Of a stretch of DNA of 64,000 nt, positions 50,735-60,315 are shown in pieces. The notes under the pieces were generated by a model. That model was not told where the DNA came from. It saw nothing but the letters and a program-made list of their open reading frames with translations, and searched no databases. Position 1 is the stretch's first letter. Each line of letters opens with the position of its first letter. Made by a program: the position numbers and the translations under genes. The stretch comes from Kiritimatiellia bacterium (GTDB lineage: Bacteria; Verrucomicrobiota; Kiritimatiellia; CAIQIC01; Lenti-01), in the NCBI GenBank assembly GCA_050176815.1, contig JBFXHR010000009.1, positions 11,673-75,672 on the forward strand. Reading direction: 5' to 3'.

Positions 50735-53700
50735 CTATTCCTGCACCTGGATCATGTAGAAACCGGAAACGGCGCCGATCCGTTGATTGGTATAGGCGCA
50801 TTCCGGTCCCGTGGCCAGAATGCCGGAGACCAGGGGCCTGAATCCCGAGATCAGATCGGACGTCCAGAGGATCTGGTAGGCCACGCCGGGCACGCTGGTC
50901 CACCGCAGAACGACGGCGTCGTAATCCTCCATCAAGGCGACCGAGGACTGGACCACCAGCATGTCGCCGTCATCCAAGGGATTGGTGCCGGCCTTCCGTT
51001 CCGCGAGATTGGAGAACCCGTCCTGGTCCGCGTCCTGCGAATCCAGCGTTCCGGCGACGATCCCCTGCTCCACGAGCGCGGCGATTTCCTGCCCGCCCAG
51101 CGCCCGCCGGTACATGCGCACGTCGTCGAGCATTCCGTGCGCAAACGAAGCCATGGGCAAGACCGCGTGGTCGCTGGCCCCGATGAGCAGACCGGTCGCC
51201 GGGTTGTGGGCCAGCGGGTAATCGTGGGCCGCCGTTCCGACCAGCGCGCCGTCCACGTAGATTTTCATCTCCGGCCGCGCGAAGGTCGCCGCCACGTGGT
51301 GCCACTCGCCCACCCCCAGCGGCGCGGAATCCAGAAGGGTCTGGAGATCGCCGTTGCCCAGCGTGAAGCGCAGGCTGCCGCCGGATTGGATTTGCAGGGC
51401 GTAGGACTCGTTGTCGTTCACGGCCGCGTTCCGCTTGAAGAAGAGTTCCATCACCCCCGTCGGCAGGGAATCGAACCGCACCCAGGCGGAAAGGGTCACC
51501 GCTTCCGGCATCAGCGACTCGGAAGAAGCCGCGCGGATATAGTCGTCCGTCCCGTCGAAAAAGACGCCGTTGGCCACCATCCCGTTTTCGGCGATCTGGG
51601 CGCCGACGAGCTGCCCGTCGTTTCCGTACCCGCTCGAATCGGCGGCGGTTTCGCCCACGTCCGCATCGAAGACGTAGCGCAGGACCAGGTCGCCGCTTCC
51701 CGCCGAACCCGCCTGTTCCGCGATTTCGGCTTCGGACAGGACGCGCTTGTAGAAGCGCACCTCGTCCATTTGGCAACGGGCAAACGAACCGACCGCGCCG
51801 CCGGCGGCGTCTTCGGCGCCGATGAACAAGTCGGTGGCCGCGTTCTTGGTCAGGCGATCGAAATGCCGCGCCGAACCGACCAGCAGCCCGTCCAGATAGA
51901 GATTCATGTCCGGCCGCGAGAAGGTCGCGGACACGTGGTGCCACGTTCCGGCTTTCAGCGGCGGCGTGTCCAGCCAAGTCTGCCACTTCTTGGCCAGCAC
52001 CCACCGCACGGCGCCCTCCGGCGTCAGTTGCAAGGCGTAGTCCACCCCGTTGGCGAGACCGGGAACCCGCTTGAAGACCAGCGTCTGGAGTCCGCCCGGA
52101 GCGCCTTCGATCTTCACCCACGCGGTGATGGTCAGATCGTCGGCATCCAGCGTGGGGCTCCACGGCACCCGGATATGGTCGTCTTCCCCGTCGAAGGCGA
52201 TCGCCAAGCCCTCCGCGCCGTCCGTCGCGGTTTGCGCGCCGCCCAGCCGGACGCCGTCGTTCCCGTATTCGCTGGAATCCGTCGCCGTCGTTTCATCGTC
52301 CGCGTCGAAGGCCAAGTGCAAGATGAGATCTCCGCCGCTCGCCGGAGGCTCCTCTTCGCCCGGATCGACGTAGGCCAAGGCCGCGATTTCGTCCGCCGCC
52401 AGGGAGCGGTTGTAGATCCGCACGTCGTCCAGCGCCCCGTGCGCGAACGAGGCCATCGGGTAGACGGCGTGGTCGCTGGCGCCGATGAAAAGATCGGCGC
52501 CCGGATTATGGGCCAGCGGATAGTCGTGCGTGGCCGTGCCGGCCAGCGCGCCGTCCACGTAGACTTTCATTTCCGGCCGCGCGAAGGTCGCCGCCACGTG
52601 GTGCCACGCTCCCGCGCCCAACGTCGCCGACGAATCCAGGCGGGTCTGGGCGCCATTGCCCAGCACGAAGCGCACGCCGCCGCAAGAATTGACCTGGAGG
52701 GCATAGTCTTCGTTGTTGTGCATGTCCAGGTTCCGCTTGAAGACCAGTTCGGCGATTCCCTCGGGCAGGGAATCGAGGCGGACCCAGGCCGCGACCGTGA
52801 CGGCTTCGGGCATCAAGGAGGCGCTGGACGGGGTTTGGATGCAATCGTTCGTCCCGTCGAACGCCGCGATCTGGCCGCCGGCTTCGCCCGGCGCAACTCC
52901 GGCGCCGACGAACCGGCCGTCGTTGCCGTATTCGCTCGCATCGGTCGCCGTGGTTCCGTCGTCCGCGTCGAACGGGTAATGCAGAACCAAATCGCCGCCG
53001 GCCGGCGGCGCTTCTCCGCCCGGATCGGCCACCGCCAATTCCGCGATTTCTTCCGCCGCCAGAACCCGGTCGTAGATCCGCACGTCGTCCACGTATCCGC
53101 CGTCCGGACCGGGGTTGTCCGGATGTCCGCCCAGCAGGAGCAGTCCCGACAAGGTGGTATCCACCGGTCCTCCCAACTCGCTCATCCCGTCGCTGGCGAC
53201 GCCGTTATAGTACAGGTGGTGGTCGCCGTTGCCCCCGTAGGTGTACGCCACGTGGATCCACGTGCCTGGCGCGGGCACCTGGCGCGCGGTCAGGAAGCAC
53301 GTGCCCCCCGGCGAGAAATAGACCCGGTCGCGGTCCAGGCGCCAATCGAAGCCGATCCCGTTGAACCGGCCGTCGAATCCCTGCGTGCCGTAGCCCAGCA
53401 TCCCCGTGCAGCCTTCGAGATAGTTCGTGTCGATCTTCATCCACAGCGCGAGGCTCCGCGGCGCGTCCCCGCTCGGCAGGCCCGCATCCGTCGCCGTGAT
53501 CGTCTGGGCGTTGCTGTCGAAGCGGTAGGCCCCGCCCCGCGCCCCGTCCGCCACCCACGTCGCCCCGTTCACCGTTCCGGTCCGCCCGTTTCCGCTGTCG
53601 TCCGTCACCACGCCGCCTTCGTCCGCGTCGAAGGTGTAGTGCAGGATCGGCGCCGTCCGTTCTTCCGACACCGCCAGTTCCGCGATTTCTTCCGGGAAAA

Positions 53701-55639
53701 GAACCCGGTCGTAGATCCTTACGTCGTCCACGTATCCGCCGTCCGGCCCGATCGATCCCGGATGTCCGCCCAGCAGCAGAAGGCCCGACAACACGGTATT
53801 GACCGGCCCCCACAGCTCGCTCATCCCGTCGCTGGCGACGCCGTTGAAGTACAGATGGTGGTCGCCGTTGCCGCCGTAGGTGTACGCCACGTGGATCCAC
53901 GTGCCCGGAGCCGGCACCCGGCGCGCGGTCAGGAAGCACGCGCCGTTTTGAGAGAAGTAGATCCGGTCGCGGTCCAGGCGCCAATCGAAGCCAATCCCCG
54001 TCTGCTGGTTGTACAACCACGTGCCGTAGGACAGCATCCCCATGCAGCCTTCGGGATAGTCCCGGTCGAGCTTCATCCACAGCGCGAGGCTCCGCGGCGC
54101 GTCGCCGCTCGGCAGGCCCGCATCCGTCGCGGAGATGCTCTGGCTGTTGTTGTCGAAGCGGTAGGCCCCGCCCCGCGCCCCGTCCGCCACCCACGTCGCC
54201 CCGTTCACCGTGCCGGTCCGCCCGTTCCCGCTATCGTCCGTCACCACCCCGCCTTCGTCCGCGTCGAACGTGTAGTGCACGATGGGCCCGGCCAGGCCCG
54301 CCAATCCCGCGACTTCTTCCGGCGCCAAGACCCGGTCGTAGATCCGCACGTCGTCCAGATATCCGCCGTCCGGCCCGGGATTGTCCGGATGGCCGCCCAG
54401 CAGGAGCAGTCCCGACAAGGTGGTATCCACCGGCCCTCCCAACTCGCTCATCCCGTCGCTGGCGACGCCGTTATAGTACAGGTGGTGGTCGCCGTTGCCC
54501 CCGTAGGTGTACGCCACGTGGATCCACGTGCCCGGCGCGGGCAATTTGCGCGCGGTCAGGAAGCACGTGCCGCCCGGCGAGAAATAGACCCGGTCGCGGT
54601 CCAGGCGCCAATCGAAGCCGATCCCGTTGAACCGGCTGTCGAATCCCTGTGTGCCGTAGCCCAGCATCCCCGTGCAACCATTGGGATAGTTCGTGTCGAT
54701 CTTCATCCACAGCGCAATGCTCCGCGGCGCGTCGCCGCTCGGAAGCCCCGCATCCGTCGCCGCGATGGTTTGGGCATTGCTGTCGAAGCGGTAGGCCCCG
54801 CCCCGCGCCCCGTCCGCCACCCACGTCGCCCCGTTCACCGTTCCGGTCCGCCCGTTCCCGCTGTCGTCGGTCACGATGCCGCCTTCGTCGGCGTCGAACG
54901 TATAGTGCAGGATGGGACCCGTCCGTTCCAGCGGGGCGCCGGCCAACGCGGCGATTTCCTCCGCCGCCAGGGCCCGGTTGTAGATCCGGACGTCGTCCAG
55001 GTCGCCGCGCGTGAACGAGCCCATCGGATAGAAGGCGTGGTCGGACGCCCCGAGAAAGAAATCCGCCGACGCGTTGTGGTACAGCGCGTAATTGTGGTTG
55101 GCCGACCCCGCCCATGCGCCGTCCACGTAGATGTTCATGGCCGGCCGCGAGAAGGTCGCCGCCACGTGATGCCATTCGCCCATGCCCATCGGCGCGGAAT
55201 CCAGCCGCGTCTGGGATCCGTTGGCCAGCACGAACCGCGCGCTTCCGGACGGCAGGACCTGCAGCGAGTACGCCTCGTTGTTGTAGCTGCTGGGATTCCG
55301 CTTGAAAACCAGCTCGACCACGTCCGTCGGCAGGGAATCGAAACGAACCCAGACGGCGATCGTCACCTCCGCCGGCATCAGGGATGCGCTGGACGGCGCC
55401 CGGACATAGTCGTCGATGCCGTCGAAGGCCGCGATCTGGCCGCCCTCTCCGTCTGAAACGATTTGCGCCCCGACCAACTGGCCGTCGTTCCCGTACGCGC
55501 TCGCATCGAGAACCGCGCTCCCCGCATCCGCGTCGAACGTGTAATGCAGCACCAGATTGGCGCCGGCCGTTCCGAACGCCGCGCAGGCGCTTCCCATCCA
55601 CAGGGCCAACCCCATCGACAACCGACTCGAGATTTTCAT
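50735..55639 (-). CDS. Large secreted protein with seven LamG-like jelly-roll domains
   Basis: Signal peptide; 7x LHYxFD...WxHVA...DDVRIYxRxL; DADQDG motif and C-terminal domain. Confidence 0.92.
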   Translation of the reverse strand: MKISSRLSMGLALWMGSACAAFGTAGANLVLHYTFDADAGSAVLDASAYGNDGQLVGAQIVSDGEGGQIAAFDGIDDYVRAPSSASLMPAEVTIAVWVRFDSLPTDVVELVFKRNPSSYNNEAYSLQVLPSGSARFVLANGSQTRLDSAPMGMGEWHHVAATFSRPAMNIYVDGAWAGSANHNYALYHNASADFFLGASDHAFYPMGSFTRGDLDDVRIYNRALAAEEIAALAGAPLERTGPILHYTFDADEGGIVTDDSGNGRTGTVNGATWVADGARGGAYRFDSNAQTIAATDAGLPSGDAPRSIALWMKIDTNYPNGCTGMLGYGTQGFDSRFNGIGFDWRLDRDRVYFSPGGTCFLTARKLPAPGTWIHVAYTYGGNGDHHLYYNGVASDGMSELGGPVDTTLSGLLLLGGHPDNPGPDGGYLDDVRIYDRVLAPEEVAGLAGLAGPIVHYTFDADEGGVVTDDSGNGRTGTVNGATWVADGARGGAYRFDNNSQSISATDAGLPSGDAPRSLALWMKLDRDYPEGCMGMLSYGTWLYNQQTGIGFDWRLDRDRIYFSQNGACFLTARRVPAPGTWIHVAYTYGGNGDHHLYFNGVASDGMSELWGPVNTVLSGLLLLGGHPGSIGPDGGYVDDVRIYDRVLFPEEIAELAVSEERTAPILHYTFDADEGGVVTDDSGNGRTGTVNGATWVADGARGGAYRFDSNAQTITATDAGLPSGDAPRSLALWMKIDTNYLEGCTGMLGYGTQGFDGRFNGIGFDWRLDRDRVYFSPGGTCFLTARQVPAPGTWIHVAYTYGGNGDHHLYYNGVASDGMSELGGPVDTTLSGLLLLGGHPDNPGPDGGYVDDVRIYDRVLAAEEIAELAVADPGGEAPPAGGDLVLHYPFDADDGTTATDASEYGNDGRFVGAGVAPGEAGGQIAAFDGTNDCIQTPSSASLMPEAVTVAAWVRLDSLPEGIAELVFKRNLDMHNNEDYALQVNSCGGVRFVLGNGAQTRLDSSATLGAGAWHHVAATFARPEMKVYVDGALAGTATHDYPLAHNPGADLFIGASDHAVYPMASFAHGALDDVRIYNRSLAADEIAALAYVDPGEEEPPASGGDLILHLAFDADDETTATDSSEYGNDGVRLGGAQTATDGAEGLAIAFDGEDDHIRVPWSPTLDADDLTITAWVKIEGAPGGLQTLVFKRVPGLANGVDYALQLTPEGAVRWVLAKKWQTWLDTPPLKAGTWHHVSATFSRPDMNLYLDGLLVGSARHFDRLTKNAATDLFIGAEDAAGGAVGSFARCQMDEVRFYKRVLSEAEIAEQAGSAGSGDLVLRYVFDADVGETAADSSGYGNDGQLVGAQIAENGMVANGVFFDGTDDYIRAASSESLMPEAVTLSAWVRFDSLPTGVMELFFKRNAAVNDNESYALQIQSGGSLRFTLGNGDLQTLLDSAPLGVGEWHHVAATFARPEMKIYVDGALVGTAAHDYPLAHNPATGLLIGASDHAVLPMASFAHGMLDDVRMYRRALGGQEIAALVEQGIVAGTLDSQDADQDGFSNLAERKAGTNPLDDGDMLVVQSSVALMEDYDAVVLRWTSVPGVAYQILWTSDLISGFRPLVSGILATGPECAYTNQRIGAVSGFYMIQVQE
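53040..54917 (-). repeat. Three near-identical ~630-nt internal domain repeats
   Basis: Units begin near 54917, 54286 and 53650; long identical DNA stretches, unit 1 closest to unit 3. Confidence 0.9.
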
Positions 55640-55756
55640 GTCGCCACCCTTTGTCCGGCCGAATAAAACGCATCGACCGCACTTAAAGTGTATAGAAAAT
55701 TAATAGGGAAACGAAACCTTTTTTGTTAAAATCGCATAAAGGCGCGCCGTGGCGGC

Positions 55757-56374
55757 TCATTCCCTTTTGCGCCGAAGGGCTAGTAGCAGGCCCCCCGCCG
55801 CCAGCAGGGCGGAGGTGGCAGGTTCAGGAATGACTCCCGCTCCCGCGAGGATGCCGACTCCAGGCTCGGTTTCATAGGCAAAGTCCATGATGATGCCGCC
55901 CGTGCCGTTGACGGGATTGCTGATGCGAACCCAGCCATAATGAACGGTATCCTCGATGTTGAACATGACGCCCATATAGGCCGTGATCATCAGAAATTCC
56001 CCGGTATTGACCACGACGCCCGGCGGCACAGTTGCGCTGGAATTGATGTTTAATTGGCCAAGGTAGCCTTGCAGCCAGTCTTCTTGCGGAGTGTCTGGCC
56101 CGATAGAAGTTCCTTCCGCGAGCGCATGGACACTGTTCCCCCCCGCAATGATGCGGCCATCCCCTTGAACGAAGGCGCCAAACCACATTCCCGTGCTCAT
56201 GAACAGAATGTCGTTGATCAAGTCTCCATTGAAGTCCAAATCATATTCAATGGTTTCCCCAGATGTATACATCCCTTGGTTGACCCAGGTGTAGGCGACA
56301 AAAGCCTGGCAGGTGCGAGGGGTGAAAAGCAGGCTTCCAACAAACAGGGCCAGAGTTAATCTCATTGCTTGCAT
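55757..56374 (-). CDS. PEP-CTERM sorting-domain protein
   Basis: Signal peptide; C-terminus IPEPATSALLAAGGLLLALRRKRE; HYGWVRI motif. Confidence 0.92.
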   Translation of the reverse strand: MQAMRLTLALFVGSLLFTPRTCQAFVAYTWVNQGMYTSGETIEYDLDFNGDLINDILFMSTGMWFGAFVQGDGRIIAGGNSVHALAEGTSIGPDTPQEDWLQGYLGQLNINSSATVPPGVVVNTGEFLMITAYMGVMFNIEDTVHYGWVRISNPVNGTGGIIMDFAYETEPGVGILAGAGVIPEPATSALLAAGGLLLALRRKRE

Positions 56375-56389
56375 GTTGGGCAGCCGCGT

Positions 56390-58650
56390 TTATGGTACTT
56401 CTTTGACGCGGAAGAACAAGACATCGGGTTCGGGCACGGCCTCTACGCCCAGAACCATATTCGTGCGAAGCGCGCTGATGTCGCCGGTTAAGTCGGCCCA
56501 GGCACTATCGATCAGGTTTGAGTTGGATTGCACGCGGTAGTATTGGCCGACCACGCCGGCCCATTCCAGTGTGTTGGTTGGGGCGTAGGTCCTGTTGACC
56601 TCGACGATATCCAACTGCGGCCCGGACATCGGCAGATTGCCCGATATCAAAATGGAAACGTCTTGCCAATCGTTGGAGAGCGTGCCTTTGTGGGTCACCC
56701 GAACGAGATAGATTCCGTTCGTGGGCGCGGCGACATACAGTTGCTCCACATTGTCTCGGAAGTTGTCACCCGTCGTGGCGGCGCTCGACGGGCTGGCGGG
56801 GTCCAACACCCACGGCATATTCGTTGCGCCGGATGGACTGATGACTCGCAAGTCCAGATCGTTTACCAAGACAAGATTTGTCGGATCCACGGAAGGGGCC
56901 ATAATGGGACCCGGCGGATCGGTCCAAACCACGGTAACTTTCAAGGGCTGGCTGTTCGTTGCGAGAATCGGGAAGACGATGCTTTCGCCATTTGGAAGGA
57001 CAACTTCCTTGATGTGCGCATGGCCATCTCCGGCAACGTCATTCGTGATCAAATGGGCAGCGGCGGGCGTGTTCATCAGGCCCCAGCCAAAAGAATAGTC
57101 TGGCCCAGCATTGCCGCAGTCGTCCGCCGTGTGGATGGCAAGGCCTTTCAACGTGGACGCGAGCAACGCTCGATTGGTTCCGCGAACAATCCCGTAGAGT
57201 TGCTGAAGAAGACTCAGGGATCCCGCAACGCTTGGGGCGGCGAAACTCGTACCTGATAGCGTGGTATAGGTGGCGTCAGTCGCATTGGATGTTGTGAACA
57301 AATCGACGCCTTGTGCAACCACATCGGGCTTTATGCGCCCGTCATCCGTCGGCCCGACACTGCTGAATGAAGCCAAAAAGACATATGATGGCGAGGTATA
57401 TCCCCCCAGAACATTGCTAACAGCCCCCACGGTCAGCACATTTTTTGCGGCACCCTGCGGCGGGATCAAATCATATCCATTGGGATATCCATCGCTTTGA
57501 TGAACCAGGGATGTGGTCCACCAATAAGATCCATTAATATATAGCCAGTGAAAAAACGGCTGCGTTTCCGGGCCCATATTAATGCCACCGCACTCATTGC
57601 CCGAAGCCCATACGGGCAGATAAGTGCTCGCATCATACACAGTCTGGTCGATGCGGTACGATTCATTCGAGCTGTAGAAACCGAACTTATAGTCCTCATC
57701 CGGGTGAACATTGGGATCGCCCCACCATATCCAGTTCCACGTTCCCCCGTTGTCGATGACGTTCCACCCGGAATTGCGCACATAGGAGTGATTGGAAATC
57801 CGCAAATCACTTACCGCAACCGCAGCCATTTCGGCAAAATCATAATACCAGTCATGGGAAAGCAGACGGCTGGAAAACGCCATGCCCTTGGCGCTTGTGT
57901 TTATCCCGGCCGCCACCAAAGTTCCAGCAACGGCGGTTGAATGGGGATCGACCAGATAGTTGGTAGCACCATCCAATTGCGTGATCCGGCAATCTCCGCC
58001 GGATACAAACTCAACATGGGTAGTCCGTACTGCACAACCATCCCACATTCCAAGAACCGTATTTGTGCCGGAAAGAGAAAAGCCAAGCTCTCCGCCAGGC
58101 CATACTTCGTCCGTCCCAATGGAATCCGCTGACCGCGCATTACATGTGACATAAAAGACGGGATGGCCATCATGCATCGCCATCAATTCGCAGGTCGAAC
58201 CATCCTTCTGAAGAAAACGAGTCGGAAAATTCTGCGTCTTGGCAATCCGTTCTGCCTCCTGTTTTTCGTAGCGTTGCAGTTCAAATAGGTCCGGGATACG
58301 GGCGGCGATTTTTCGCGCTTGGCTTGCCGAAATTGCTCAACCGTGGCCGGAATACCATTAGCACTCAGGCTGCGATGCCAGATTTTTTCAGTAGAGTTGG
58401 TTTTGGTGTTTACGAATTCGCCCGGGGTCCCTTCTGTTTCCGAACGGCCACTTGATACGAACGACTTAATTGCAGGAGCGCTTTCGCCCGTCTTCTGTTC
58501 ATATGCCGCCTGGGTGATAAGACCGCCTTCATACATTTTGCGGTACAGTTCCCTAACGCCGTCTTGTGCATTGGCGGGCTTTGGCAACCAATAGATAGCA
58601 GCGTCAGCAGATAAAAGAAGTCCAAGCCATTTTGCTTTTCCCGTTTTCAT
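56390..58650 (-). pseudogene. S8 subtilisin-like protease split by one frameshift (pseudogene or sequencing error)
   Basis: Triad MWDG, PHSTAVAG, SGTSFAAP in ORF 56390..58186; signal/propeptide in ORF 58183..58650; frames join at the A5 run 58309-58313. Confidence 0.75.
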
Positions 58651-58831
58651 CGGATAATCCTTCGCCGACATCAAACGCTTCGAGACGCTGGGTAGCATCA
58701 TTTTTTCTGAAACCTTTGGCGAGTGAAATTTATGGCACGCCTTGGCGAACGACTGGACTGCGGCCTTTGCCTACCCTTTCCTCCTGCCGCCCCGACGGCG
58801 GGGAGAAATCATTCCACTAACCCAAAAGGAG

Positions 58832-60301
58832 TTAAGAACTTATTGTCGATCGTTCGACGATACCCGCCCCCTTGCGCAAATAGCGCAGCAGCATGACGAA
58901 TCCCGTCCAATAGCTCGACAGCAGCGACGGGCGCCGCCACGACTGACGCAGCAGCCGCGCGATCACATGCGGCTGGAAATAGAATCCCTTCAGCAAGCGA
59001 TTCACGGCCGCGTTCATCTCGGCCTGGGACAGGTCGGGATATTCCATCACCGCCGTCTGTTCGCCTTGCATCGCGTAGTCGGCCCAGTCCTTCATCCGGA
59101 GATAGCCCTTCTCCACCGCCAGCGCATACAGTTCCGTTCCCACCTGCGGCATCACCGCCGAGGCCTGGATCGTGTCGGTGTCCAGTTCCTTCACGAAGCG
59201 AAGCGTGCGCTCCATGCTCTCTCTCGTCTCGCCCGGCAGGCCGACGACCCAGCACGAATGCGTGTTGAGCTTCGCCTTGCGCGCCGTCGCCACGAATTCG
59301 CGCGTCTGCTCCACGCGGATGCCCTTGCGCACGTTGTCGAGGATCTGCTGGTCGCCGCTTTCCGGGCCGATCAACAGCATGCGGCAGCCGGCTTCCTTCA
59401 TCAGCTTCATCAGGTCGAGGTCCGCCCAGTCCACGCGCGAATTGCACGACCACGCCATGCGGCGCTTCTGCCGCAAAATCAGCTCGCAGATCTTGCGCAG
59501 CCGAGCCCGGTCCGTCGTCAGCGTGTCGTCCTCGAAGAAAATCTCCCGGATCGGATACCGCTCGAAATCCTCGGCCATTTCCCGCACCACGCGCTCCGGC
59601 GAGCAATAGCGGTAGCGCCGCCCGTGCATCACCTGCGGCCACTGGCAGAACGTGCAGCGGTTCGGGCAGCCGCGCCCGCTGATCTGGTCCAGGAACGGAT
59701 AGAGATAGGTGTTGTTGCGATATTTCTTCACGTCGAAGAAATGCCACGGCGGCACCGGGATTTCGTCCAGGTTTTCGATCGGGGCGCGCGCCCGGTTCTC
59801 GACGATCTCCCCCGCCGCCGTCCGAAAGCTGAGGCCCTCCACCGTTTCCAAGCCGCCGCCGCCCGCCAGCGCCGCCGCCAGGTCGCGGATCGTAAAATCG
59901 TATTCCCCGCGCGCGATGGAATCCACCGCGCCTTTGCCTTCCATCAGCGTCTCGCGCGGATACACGCTGACGTGCGGCCCCACCAGCGCCACGTGGGTTT
60001 CGGGACTCGCCGCCTTGCACAGGCGCGCGCACTCGACGTCGTTGTAGATCGACGGCGTCGTCGCGTCCAAGACCAGCAACTGCGGCTTCCATTCGCCGCA
60101 CCACTTCGCCACGTCCGCCAGCGAGGCTTCTTCGGCGATGAAATCGCGCAGGTCGACCTCGAATCCCGCCTGGATCGCCACGCCGGCCGCATAGGCCAGC
60201 CAATCGGGATAGCGCATCGCGCGCGTGCGGTTCACCACCGGCCAGCGCTGGCTGCGGCAGAAATTCGGCAAAAACGGCGGACTAATCAGCGCGACACGCA
60301 T
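58832..60301 (-). CDS. Cobalamin-binding radical SAM protein, HpnJ-like
   Basis: SQRWP...YPDWLAYAAG, GPHVS, RGEYD, GRGCPNRCTFCQWPQ, EDDT, GLPGET. Confidence 0.9.
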   Translation of the reverse strand: MRVALISPPFLPNFCRSQRWPVVNRTRAMRYPDWLAYAAGVAIQAGFEVDLRDFIAEEASLADVAKWCGEWKPQLLVLDATTPSIYNDVECARLCKAASPETHVALVGPHVSVYPRETLMEGKGAVDSIARGEYDFTIRDLAAALAGGGGLETVEGLSFRTAAGEIVENRARAPIENLDEIPVPPWHFFDVKKYRNNTYLYPFLDQISGRGCPNRCTFCQWPQVMHGRRYRYCSPERVVREMAEDFERYPIREIFFEDDTLTTDRARLRKICELILRQKRRMAWSCNSRVDWADLDLMKLMKEAGCRMLLIGPESGDQQILDNVRKGIRVEQTREFVATARKAKLNTHSCWVVGLPGETRESMERTLRFVKELDTDTIQASAVMPQVGTELYALAVEKGYLRMKDWADYAMQGEQTAVMEYPDLSQAEMNAAVNRLLKGFYFQPHVIARLLRQSWRRPSLLSSYWTGFVMLLRYLRKGAGIVERSTISS

Positions 60302-60315
60302 TTTTTACTCCAAAA

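Noticed and set aside
53040-54917. DGR template/variable repeat pair
   Set aside because: Repeats are whole in-frame domains, differences are not evidently adenine-restricted, and there is no reverse transcriptase in the window.
56390-56440. PEP-CTERM signal in the S8 protease (VPEP)
   Set aside because: No following TM helix or basic tail; it is part of the shared C-terminal domain.
58730-58746. Sigma-54 promoter TGGCACG
   Set aside because: Lacks the -12 TTGC and points along the + strand, where there is no credible gene.
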